Positions 23,413 to 34,436 of a DNA stretch of 64,000 nt are shown here, one piece after another. Position 1 is the stretch's first letter; each line of letters begins with the position of its first letter. The notes below the pieces were generated by a model that was given only the letters and a program-made list of their open reading frames with translations, searched no databases and was not told the origin of the DNA. The translations under genes and the position numbers were made by a program. Source of the stretch: Epithemia pelagica (taxonomy: Eukaryota > Protista > Bacillariophyta); the NCBI GenBank assembly GCA_946965045.2, contig OX337230.1:62001-126000 (forward strand). The letters run 5' to 3'.

Positions 23413-24282
23413 TGTATATTATTAGAGAGTGCAGTGGTGACACACGAATACCGAATCTCGCTCTTTCTCAATCCAAAGGAATGGCAAGCGTCTCTGGTGG
23501 TGGTTGTTCTTCTTGTTCGGCGCACCAAAAGAGGGCCTCGATGATCCACGAGAAATCCAAGAGTCCACCGTTTCCTGGTTGTGCTGCTTGTGGTGCTTCT
23601 GTGATTCCAATCCAATCTAATAACACACCAAGATGGATTGCAAGGACCGCTCTCTCTCGTCTCTCTTCTCTCTTTGCCTTTTCTTTTGTCAACACGACAA
23701 AAACAGGGGGTTGCCGTAGAGACGGTAAAGAACGGTTGACTTGACAAACGGTCTATTGGATGGGCTGGCGTGTTGCAGTGCGTTGCTTACTTTTTCTTTC
23801 CGCACGCCGGACAGTCCTGTGACAGAGAGTAGCCACGTCGGCGCACTCGAGACGCCAGGCAGGCATCACAGGACAAAATAGATGAAGGATCGCTCACTCA
23901 TACAACACAAAAAACCTTTGGTTCCAAGAACACACTTCTCCATCTCATTCGTTTCTTCCCCTTGACCACAGCGGCGCTATATTGTCTTTTTCGTTTGTCG
24001 ACACCTCCAAGAGTCGTCCTGCCTCTAGATTCCAACTGTGTGTCGATTCGTCCAGAGTATCCCAGCTGCATAATAACATGTCATGTCCATGTGTAGGAGT
24101 AGTGTTTGTGCCCATCTTCCGTCTCTAGTAGTGTCTTGGGTGGTGGCAAGTCGCATCGTCCAGATGGAGCAAGTTCGAGATTCAGTCCATAAATACGAAT
24201 ACAAGAGAGAGTCCGCAAACGGAAGCTAAAAGGTGGCGGTACATTCCAAACAACGAGCCATTCACGAGAATACTGGATGGAG

Positions 24283-24575
24283 TAGTCTACGATTCGAGTG
24301 TGTGTTGCGTATCGTTTGTGGTTGCTGTTCCGTGTGTGGGCAGAGTGTGGAACGGTGCTACCTATAGTTTTACAGAGGACGACCCCCACAGTAAGGATAA
24401 AGTCGTTGTATCGTCGAGTAGAGAATAAGTTCGATCCAGTCCGTGTTCCGGGCCAGCCATGCCACATAGTCTACGATTCGTGTGTGTGTGTTGCGTCATG
24501 TTCGTTGTTGCTTCCGTGACAGTGTGTGTAGAGTGTGGAACGCTGCTAGCTTTAGAGAGGAGGACCCGCAGTATC
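24283..24575. repeat. Diverged direct repeat of about 110 bp (period 184 bp) between the divergent presenilin and S8 genes
   Basis: tagtctacgattcg..gtgtgtgttgcgt..agagtgtggaacg..gcta...agaggacg/aggaggaccc at 24283 and 24467. Confidence 0.8.
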
Positions 24576-24875
24576 GTTCTTGGGAATGATCTCACGGGGA
24601 ATGTCGAGTCGTGAGTCACAACAACGTTGTCTACCCGGAAGCAAAAGAGACGGAAATTGCGAATCCAATGGAAACTACTACAATAGACTGAAATACGGAT
24701 ATATTATAGTTTAGCAAGATCAATCTCGGTTCCGGCAATCGAAAAGCAACACTCTCCATCCTTCATTCTCTCTCTGTTGGTTCATAAAAAAAAGAACCAA
24801 CCTCAAAAACAAGAAAGAAAGCCTCTCTAGATCGACCAGTTTCGTTCTCTTTGGAATCTCTCATTCTACTAATAG

Positions 24876-27678
24876 ATGATGCGTCTTCTTCTGCCAGTCT
24901 CCTCCGCCACAACGTCCCGATTGTTGTGGACCATCCTGGTTCTCCTCACAAGCAGCAGCAACAGCAGTCGCCATGGTTTCTTGGTTTTGGCCATGCCGAG
25001 CTGTGGTCCATCCTGCAATACCAAGGTCCGAGTTCCCGTGCAACAACAACAGGGTTGGAGGATTGATCCCCATCAACTGGACAAGAGTCGCACCAGTCCC
25101 ACCAAGAATCTGCTCGAAACCTTTCAACCTTCCTCCTCCTCCTCTTCGTCTCCTGGTTCTCGAAATCGCCACCTCGACGACGAGGGACAACTCATGGACC
25201 ACGAAGGACAACCATCTCACAACATCACGACGCAGACCGCCGGTCTCGTGCAAAATGACCAGGGTCAGGTTTTAATGGAATTCTATGGCAACAATACCAA
25301 CAATGCCTTGTGCCAGGATTTGATGCAACAGTGCAACGCCACGGTGGTGATTGCGTCCGAGCTGCAGTGCAACGTCTATGTCCATCCCGACACGGTGACA
25401 GTGTGCGACAATGTTGCCAGTGTCCATCATTCCTTACCCGTGGTGGCGGAGCAACGTCAATTCACGGGCCCCGTCGTCAATGAGGCCAACCAAGCCTTGG
25501 AGGTGGACCCGGTCCACGACACGCTGGGCATTACGGGTGCCAACGTCAAGGTGTGTGTCATTTCCGGTAGTTTCAATGCCCTGGACGGCTACGACTTGGA
25601 CGTTTCCGAAGGAGAATTGCCACCCGACGTGCAAATTGTTCGCGACTTGACGGGTCTCAACAGCAATGCGGGTGACGAAGGTCGGGCCTTGTTGCAACTG
25701 ATTCACGATATTGCACCCCGTGCCAGTCTCGCCTTTCGTACCGGATTGCAAAGCGCCCTGGATATGGCATCGGGGATTGTCGTCTTGGCCAATCTGGGAT
25801 GCGATATCATTATGGATGACATTGGTACGTTGACAGACGTATCCAAAATTGCCCATGCGTTCACTGGATGGCGAGATTGTGCACTCACGACACTTCTGTC
25901 TCATTTGCATTTCTCGTTCCTCCATCCTCTCACAGTGTACTGCGCGGAACCGTTCTTTGGAGATGGCACCATTGCCCAGGCGGCCAACAGCGTTGTCGAG
26001 ACCATGGGCGTGGCGTACTTTTCGGCCGCCGGGAACCAAGCCAGGACTTCGTACGAAAGCTCCTTTGTTTCGTCTGGTAATGATTTCAATACGGGAGGAT
26101 ATTGTGACATTCACTTGTTTGGAGGCACCGACCTGGCGTAAGTGCTGGTGGTCAATGACGAACCGGCCATTGTCTCGTTCCAATGGGACGATCCCTTTGT
26201 GTCGGTTCATGGTGGTCAAGGAGCGACGCATAACATGGATGTCTTTGTCTTTGATATTGATGCCAACTTGATTGCTTGGTTTGACCAGGACGAGGTGGGC
26301 AGCGATCCAGTATCCATCTTTACCTTGCAGCCAGGCGTTTATCAAGTTGCCTTTGGTCTTTGCGGTCTTGGTGACGGAGATGCTCGTCGAAGAATGCAAT
26401 CGGCCACAGCCCAACCACCAACCATGAAATGGGTTGCCTGGGGTGACGTCGACATTGCCACGTATCGCACCGACTCGTCGACCATTTTTGGACATGCCAA
26501 TGCCGCCATGGTATCGGCTGTGGGAGCAGCCTTTTATCTGGACACACCCTTTCATGGAGTGGACCCTCCCTTGTTGGAATCCTATTCCAGCGCCGGAGGA
26601 ACGCCCATTGTATTGGATACCACTGGATCTCGGTTGCCTGTACCGGAAATCAGACTCCAACCACGAATCACTGCAACCGATGGAGTCAGCACATTGGTCA
26701 TTGATTCCTTCTTTGGTATGTGGTAATCAGTCCCTTGATACGGCGATTCGTTGGACTCGGATTCGTCGTTTCTCACTGTCTGTTCTACTCGTGTTGTATC
26801 TTCACAGGAACATCGGCTTCGGCCGCCAATGCGGCTGGTGTAGCCGCCTTGGTATGGGAGACCAATCCACTATTGACGCCACTGGAATTGTATCAAGTCC
26901 TGGAACGGACCGCCGTGGACATGAATACACCTGGATTTGACTTTACATCGGGTCATGGATTGATTCAGGCCGATCAAGCCGTCTTGGAGGCTCTCCATGA
27001 CGACAAGGACCCTGTCGTGGAGACACCCACTCCATCGACGGATGCACCCACCACACGGAATCCTTCACCGAATCCCACAGAAGTGCCCACGACGCCCAAT
27101 CCCACAACAATGCCCACTACGATCAATGGAATCCCACTGCCGAACCGACTACGACCAATCCGACATGGATTCCAACCGTTCTTCCTACAGTCGCTCCCAC
27201 CACAAGTACCCCTAGTACCAACACTCCTAACACCAATCCGCCAACAACCACAACAACAGAGGAACCAACGACAATGTCTCCTTCTACGACATCTCCGACG
27301 CGCTGTCCCTTGGTGTTGACACCGGTAGTTTCCGTGTCCCCACAACCCCTTTCCGTCACCTTCTCCATTGCCTGGGACACGGCCTGGATTGCTCGAATTG
27401 GGTTGCACGTTCAAGAACTCAAATTTGGAATCCAGTGGACGACAGTTCCCGGATTGGACGATGTCGAACTTGGCCTTGACGAGACTCTGGTCCAATCCGC
27501 ATCCAATGACGACCAGAGTGGTGATGGTGGTGCTAGCACGTTTCGTGTCACCAAGTATGTTCCCAATCCAGGCTTGTTTCGTTGGTGTGTAATTGTAACG
27601 CCCGTAGAATCGGCCACTTGCTGGAAGGAAACCATGTCCGTGTGGAAGGAAGTCACGGTGGAAGATTCCACCACGTGA
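24876..27678 (+). pseudogene. Secreted bacterial-type S8 subtilase with a Pro/Thr stalk; apparently inactivated
   Basis: Motifs DEGRALLQLIHDIAP, SAAGN, YSSAGG and FFGTSASAANAAGVAAL. Introns at 25825-25935 and 26716-26807. Lesions: ISGS in place of the expected ISDS (25566-25568), in-frame TAA at 26139-26141, and a frameshift at about 27125 in the PT stalk. Confidence 0.75.
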
Positions 27679-27851
27679 TAATGATGATGATTACGGCAAT
27701 GACAGAGAACGATAGACCCGTAACCAGCAATAGAAAGTGCACGTCCAAACATGAGAAGCGTTGGCCTCTTTTGGCCCATACGATTCGACACTTATGATGT
27801 AGAGAAACGACAGCATGACTCCTGCTGTGTGTGTATTGGGATTGTCATCTT

Positions 27852-27999
27852 GACGTTTCGTCTCTTGCTTGTGGGAACTAGAGAGGAAAACAAGTCTTTT
27901 CGACGTCATCTCTTTTGCTTGTAGGAACGAGAGAGGAACAAAAGTCTTTTCGACGTCATCTCTTGCTTGTAGGAACTCGAGAGGAACAAAAGCCTTTTT
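27852..27999. repeat. Minisatellite, three copies of about 49-50 bp
   Basis: Unit cgacgtcatctctt(tt)gcttgtaggaacNNgagaggaacaaaagtctttt, contiguous with no spacers. Confidence 0.9.
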
Positions 28000-28233
28000 G
28001 GACACGCGTGTCGTTTCGATACTCCCCCTGTGGAGTCGTCCCAATCCTGTGATTGTTGTGGTTGTGGTTCCTGTACGAGAGAATGGCATCACTCCTTGAG
28101 GTTCCATCGGGGCGGACGATGCGAGTGGTGAGGGCCGCTACGTCCTATAACATAGATGCTGTCTTGTGTGTGTGTCTGTGCACTTGGGGGCTTGAGAAAG
28201 CCACATGTTGTTGTTGTTGGCGTTCTTGTGTTA

Positions 28234-28874
28234 TTAGGGATCCAACGATGAGGACGATGAGGAGGACGACGAGGACGATGTGGATCCACTCGTCTGTTGG
28301 GGATGAGACAGCAAGAACCGACGCGTCCGCGACACCAAGGGTGGTGCCCGAGTACTCCTGCTTCGGGAAGTGGTGGTGGTGGAATGGGACAGACTGTTGC
28401 TCCGTCGCGTCGTCGTCGAGGACGACACGGACAGGGACGGATTGGTGTTCGTGTTGGAAAAGGTTCGAGAAAGAAGGGACGACAAGAGCATGTTCCAGGG
28501 ACTGGAGGGACGTGCGGAACGACGGTCTTGGGATGATTCTTGGAGCGGCCGGACTTGTTGTTCTTGTTCTTGTTGCTGTTCTACTCGTTCTTGTTCTTCT
28601 TCTACTTGTACTTGTCGTTGACGTTCTTCTTGTTGCCGTTGTCGTTGTTGATGTTGTTGCATGTGCAACAAACTCTTTTGCCATTGCACCATTTCCCGTA
28701 CCAGCAAGCACGCCAGGAGGGCCAAAAAGAGAAAAAAGAACCAATAATCACGGGCAAAGGAGGACGACGACGAATGGGTGGTCGTCGTGTCGTCGGTTTC
28801 GGATTGGGGGGTCTTGGTCTTCTTGTTCTTCTTCTTCTTCTTCTTGGGACTCGTGGATGGGGTCCTTGTAGTGA

Positions 28875-28910
<36 letters not shown>

Positions 28911-29583
28911 CCTGTTCGTTGGTCTTGTTGTTGTTGTTGTTGTTGTTGTGGTTGTTCTTCTTGTTTCCGTCCTTGTCATCCAACGCAATGATTTCCTCCG
29001 TATCGTCGACCGACTTGCTGCTGCTGCTGCTAGTAGTGGAATTGCCAGTGCTAGGCAAAGAGGAGGATGGTACCGCATTCGAAGGGTTGTTCTCCGTCTT
29101 GTTCTCCTGGTCCTCCTTTGTGGTGGACGGTCGAGGCCGTACGGCAATGCGCAACAAGGGTGGTTCCGACGAAGAAGAGGAAGAAGATACCTCGTCCTTG
29201 TGCCATACACCACCACCCAACGAAGCAGAGGACGATGACACGTGGTGTGGCACGGCTGGATGATTGTCCCGCAGGGAAGGATCGTCCAACTTCCAGGGAT
29301 AGGGGACCGACGTGTCAAGGGTAGTGGTGGTGGGTTGAGGAAAATGCAAGGACGCCGAACCTTGATGATGGGGAGGCACATAATATGGATTGTAGGCCAC
29401 CACCAATTTGGGATGGTCGGCATTCTCTCGAGCAGCCGAAGAAGCCGAGGACCCACCAGCAGTAAGGGCCTCGACTCCACCGCCCAAACGAAATGTCACC
29501 AGTATCATCATCACCAGGACGAGAATCCTCCCAATCATTATCATCATCCTCATCATGATCATTTTTTCCCGATGGACCATCAA
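28234..29583 (-). CDS. Low-complexity single-pass membrane protein (signal peptide plus TM), unknown function
   Basis: 449-aa ORF with a hydrophobic N-terminus (ILVLVMMILVTFRLGGGVEA), a TM segment (YWFFFLFLALLACLLV), and Asn/Ser/Gln runs. Confidence 0.5.
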
Positions 29584-29842
29584 ACAGTCGGTCGGAGTGT
29601 GGATTGCAATACCTCTCTCTTTCGCTGTCTCTGTCTCTCTCGGTCGTTCTCTCTACTACTCGATGGATGCGTGGCTCCCAACGTTCCGTATCTGCGGCAT
29701 GTCACTCAAACCTCCTGGATTGTCGTTCTGGTTGTTGTTGTGGTTGTGGTTGCAGGGGAGATTCTCGCTTCGCTCGAGCTTCTGCACCTCTCTTGATTTC
29801 GAGAAAGAACCGTAGAACTGTGGATGGATGTGTGTGTTGTCG

Positions 29843-29889
29843 TTTGGTTTGGTTTGGTTTGGTTTGGTTTGGTTTGGTTTGGTTTGGTT
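29843..29889. repeat. (TTTGG)9 pentanucleotide repeat
   Basis: Read directly from the sequence. Confidence 0.95.
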
Positions 29890-30557
29890 CCCTGCCAACA
29901 ACACAAAAAGCGACAGACGCAACAAGAAAGGAGTAATGTTCTGATTCGGTGACACAATCCGGAAAAGGATGGTGGGGTGATGGATGTGTCTCTCTCAAGA
30001 AGCTCTCGTCGCGTGTGTGCTTGTGCTTTGTGTTTGGATGCTTGCTGTCTTCGCCAACGGGCCGTTGTTTGTTGTTTGGTGGGGAGCCAATAGCCAGTAT
30101 AGCTAGACTACGTGCATCATCGGACAGCTGTTCGATCTGTTCGGTGCAGAAGAGCGACTGATCATCGGTCGCACCTTAGTCATTCTTGCAGTCCACAAAA
30201 AACGATGCCGAGTGGAATGACGTGGTGCAACAATCGTGTACTTCTCTCCCATGAATCTATCTACTGGGACCATGGCAGAAGATTCAGTCTCCTCTTGCCT
30301 TTTTGGGGTGGACGTCGCCAATCGAAGAGGATTGCCAGCCCTTTCTCTTTGTTTGGCTCACGCAATCCAACGTTTTGGCTCATCACAACCAAAAATAGAA
30401 AGTATTGGAAAGATCAACCACAACAACCAAGAAGTAATAAAACGCTGCTCACCGCAACGAACGAAGAAGTACTCCTAAAACGACAACTACAACCACACAA
30501 CAAAGAAGTACGACAACGACACAAGAACAAGCAAGACGAGTAGTTTATCTTGGGACC

Positions 30558-30950
30558 ATGCACTCCACCACGACAAGAACGACAAGAACGACGACGGTCT
30601 ATCATCCCGTGATTGCGTCCATTGTGCGACACAATACCTTGCGAACCTGCGATCAAGTGCAGGACATGCTGCAACACTGTCACTTGCATCAACAACAGCA
30701 ACAACAACAACAACAACAACAGCAGCAGCAACACTATCCTCAATATCATCAGCAAGCAAGTGACGAAGTGGGAACCCTCTGTCAAACGGCCCGTCGCTAT
30801 CAAGACGAATTTTGCATGCTGGGCGAGGCCTCGGAAACCACCACCATTCTTACAAATCATCATCCTTCGTCTCCTGCTTCCTTGCCGGCTGCGACACCCA
30901 TTCCTACTCTGGCCACCAGCACTGCGACGGCGAAGCATTTGTCCCCGTAA
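30558..30950 (+). CDS. Possible small poly-Q protein
   Basis: 130-aa ATG ORF with two Cys-bounded segments (CDQVQDMLQHC, CQTARRYQDEFC) around a poly-Q tract. No recognisable family. Confidence 0.3.
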   Translation: MHSTTTRTTRTTTVYHPVIASIVRHNTLRTCDQVQDMLQHCHLHQQQQQQQQQQQQQQHYPQYHQQASDEVGTLCQTARRYQDEFCMLGEASETTTILTNHHPSSPASLPAATPIPTLATSTATAKHLSP

Positions 30951-31418
30951 CGTGCGGTCGAGTCCGTTTCTCTCTCTTTTGTTCTCTCTCCCGACACCAT
31001 TTCTCCTACACCTTCACACACACACACACACACAAGACACGGATACTGTCTGCCACGACCATGACAATGAGAGGAGAGGAGACGACAAACTCGTGTTTGG
31101 TTCGTTCGCGTAGAGAGAGGTTAAGCTACCATATACACACAAACAGGTGTGGAGAGAGGAAACAAACGAACGAACGTTCCAGTTGCCGCCGTGATTGTGG
31201 GGGTATCACACCCAAGAGGAGGAGAAGGAGAAGAAGGATCATCACCCGTTGTCTGCGTGTGTCTCTGTTTGGGTGTTCCACGTGCCGCTCATGGTTCGTC
31301 GGGGGCCGGCGCATTCTTGGAACCACGCGCCCATTCCGGGACTCTCACGGACAAACGATACCGCGACAATCCTACATGGTCGTTCGTTCCCTCTTGACTA
31401 CCTAATAGAGGTCTCACG

Positions 31419-31477
<59 letters not shown>
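31419..31477. repeat. (TAC)n microsatellite, about 19-20 units
   Basis: Read directly from the sequence. Confidence 0.97.
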
Positions 31478-33499
31478 TATAAGGTACAAGAGAGTCTTGT
31501 GTTTCATGGTTACCACCAATACAGCAACGAGTATTCTTGTGAGAGCTGTGCCTCATTGCTCCTCTCGTACTATACCTAGGCAGTTGATGTTGCGTTTGTT
31601 TGTTTGTTTGTTTGTTCCCATTGACAGGGTAGTATAGCAGCAACCACCATCCACCACCACGTGCACGCGAATAGGATGGTGGACAGACTTTCTTTATCTT
31701 TCTTTCTCTCTCTCTCTCTCTGTTTCTCTTTTTTTCGGCGGGTGCCCTCTTTGGTGTTTGTGGTGGTGGTACCAGAATAAGATAGTAGCAACGGATGGCG
31801 CTCTCCAGTGTTGTTGTCGGCGGCTGCCGTAGGAATGGGTAGGGGTGGTGGTTGGAGAAAAGGAGAAGAAGAAGAAGCGTGGAGGCTCTATTCGGAATGG
31901 TTCGTTCCCCCGTACGACTGCTGCATGTGTGTACTCAAAGAAGTGGAGTCCATGACGTACCGTCGGGCGGCTTGCTCGTCGAGCGTTTGGTGGTTCCGAT
32001 AAAACAAACAAACAAACAAGTGGCCCAATCGTCGTACACCACGAGGACACTGGCAATATAGGAGGCAAACACGGTCCGCAACAAGGTCCATCATTCCTCT
32101 TTTTCTTGTGGTGACAGTGTCGTAGCAGCAATCGCAATTCGACTGGCCGCACGAGAAAAGAAAAAGACAATAAGTAGGACACTGGTTCGCGATTCGCGAT
32201 ATGTGTGTGTGTACATGGAGACCCCGACGTACGCTGCTGCTGGTGCTACAGTGTCGTGCAGACCTCTGCAAGTCGAAATACCGTATTGAAAGTACGGTTG
32301 CCTCCGGTCACTGTGAATGCCAATGTATATGCGCAACCTTGGGAGAGTTGCTGCCAAAAGATTTACGCGTAGTCGTCACCTCACGGCACACGCAACTGTG
32401 GAAGCCCGCTAGGAGTACTCAATTTGCGAGGCCATGTTTCATGGATGGACCACTCGTGAACGAGTTTCTCGTTCTGGATGGACGAGAGCAAAGTGAGAGT
32501 GCCCCTTTTGGAACCTTTTGTTTGGGGGGTCATGCTTCATTGATGCGAGTCTCTCTGCAGGATGGAGTTTCTTCCATACGAAACCTAACATGTAGATTGG
32601 GCGTTGTGGATGGCGACAGAGCCAACGCCCCAGAACCGACAAAGAGAAAGAAGTGTTCCTTTGCACCTCTTTTGCTCTTCCAGTGTCTCGGCTCGCTCGA
32701 ATCCGTTGTATTCACCTCACGCTGGCCGGTCAGGAGCGTTTACTCTTAGCGTCTACTTAACCGTAGCGGGACCAAGAGCATGGCACGCGCCCGACGGCGC
32801 GCCGTCTGACACTTTCATGTCTCACATTTTCTCTAAAATAGCGATCGTCTATTCTTCTCAACACGAAAGTCTGAACTGACCCCCTTTCAACAATGGCACG
32901 CTACGGAAACTATCCGCAGTGAAGCTCGTGATAGGCCCAGCGGTGGAGGCGCACCAATGCAAGGGCCTGGGAATGCTCGTTGACTTTCTGTGGCGGCTGT
33001 AAGCATCACTTTGTAACCCGAGGCGCCGTTGGTGGTTGCACATGTTGTTCTCGTGCATGTTCGCTCTCCAATGGAGTTCGCTCCATGGTGTTGTTTCCAA
33101 CACTGTATCGGGTCGGTACAAGGCATATTCTACACCTATGAAGAACGGCGGTTTTCAGGTATACTCTCTGCAGGTGTGTCGTCAGACCGGACCTTCCATC
33201 TCGAAAGGCTTCTCGAAAGACATGCCGACAAAGAGAGAGAAGGATCTGGCTCGTCGTATCGTTACACTATATGTGTAGAGTGTCTTTGCTTTGGTAGAAA
33301 AACTTGAGGAGAGAGAAAAAAACTACGAGACAACAACAGTCATGATGACGGAGAAACCAGCGAAAGATGCGGCGTTTCATTGTTTCGATTCACAAAGTGT
33401 CTAATGTTCTGCTCTTCAGGCTTTTGACCCACTATCCTTCGCGATAGTATCCCCGTTTTAACCACATGTCATGTGCATCTCCCCTATTCAACATATTCA

Positions 33500-33752
33500 C
33501 GAGAGTGGGCGTCCCCTCGACTCCCTATTTATCTTTCCTTCAAGGAATATGGCCAATGGTGTTACGGCTACAGTGTCCCTATTCAACTCAGCGAGAGTGA
33601 GTTAACGAGAGTGGGTGTCCTCTCGAGTCCCTATTTTTCTTTCCTTCAAAGGAATATGGCGAATGGTGTTATGGCTACTGTCCATATTCACCTCGAGTTG
33701 ACGAGAGTGGGTGTCCTCTCGAGTCCCTATTTTCGATTGCTTCAAAGGAATA
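33500..33752. repeat. Tandem repeat of about 100 bp (about 2.5 copies)
   Basis: cgagagtggg(c/t)gtcc(c/t)ctcga(c/g)tccctattt...cttcaa(a)ggaatatg at 33500, 33606 and 33702. Confidence 0.9.
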
Positions 33753-34436
33753 TGTCCCAAAACCAAAAAATCGGTGATAATAGTACCATCCAAACTCATC
33801 AAAGGACAGAATCGGGCGATGTTTGCCGGTACCGATATGTCCCGAAAAGGCTTCTGAGGATGCACGCAGCGGTGGCCCAGTATATCATAGAACGTTGACC
33901 ATGCAGTTGGGGGGCCACCATTTACGATGATACTGCGACAAGAACTTGCATAGTGGCTCTTTGTATGGCTTTGGCGCATTATCCACGTAGGTGATGAAAC
34001 CAAAAATTCCGAAATCGTACAAGGCACGGATGGTGGATAACAAGATCAACCTGATCATGTAAGGCTAGATGAGGAATGACACATAAGACGAAGGACGACT
34101 GGGTCAACAGGTCGAGATCAGGGGGAACCTTCCATACCTTGCATCCTTTCAAGACTCTTGTCGTAAAACGGCGTGTGTATAGTCCCTCAAACCACCCTTC
34201 GAGTGGCATGTTTTGACCTCGTCGACACATGGGCGGCCCTCACGTGTGTCGAAAAACCAAGTCTACAAAGCCGACAAGGAAGAACCTGCACAAGATGCTT
34301 CTTCGTTTTGACTTTCTCCAAAGGAATCTGTACAACAACAACTGCTACCTTTTGCCATGGGGATTACAAACCGACAAGGGATACTATTAGAGAGAAGCGT
34401 ATGTCAAATCGGTGTGTTCCCTATAATTATTTCAAC

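Noticed and set aside
25434-26660. 408-aa minus-strand ORF
   Set aside because: Antisense shadow of the S8 gene.
27852-27999. 50-bp repeats as a possible CRISPR array
   Set aside because: Units are contiguous with no unique spacers, there are no cas genes, and the context is eukaryotic.
29843-29889. (TTTGG)n as a telomere remnant
   Set aside because: Not the TTAGGG-type unit, short and internal; treated as a microsatellite.
32793-32806. Perfect 14-bp palindrome gacggcgcgccgtc
   Set aside because: A few such palindromes are expected by chance in 64 kb.
31700-33400. Scattered 60-180 aa ORFs
   Set aside because: No motifs and no consistent strand or splice structure.
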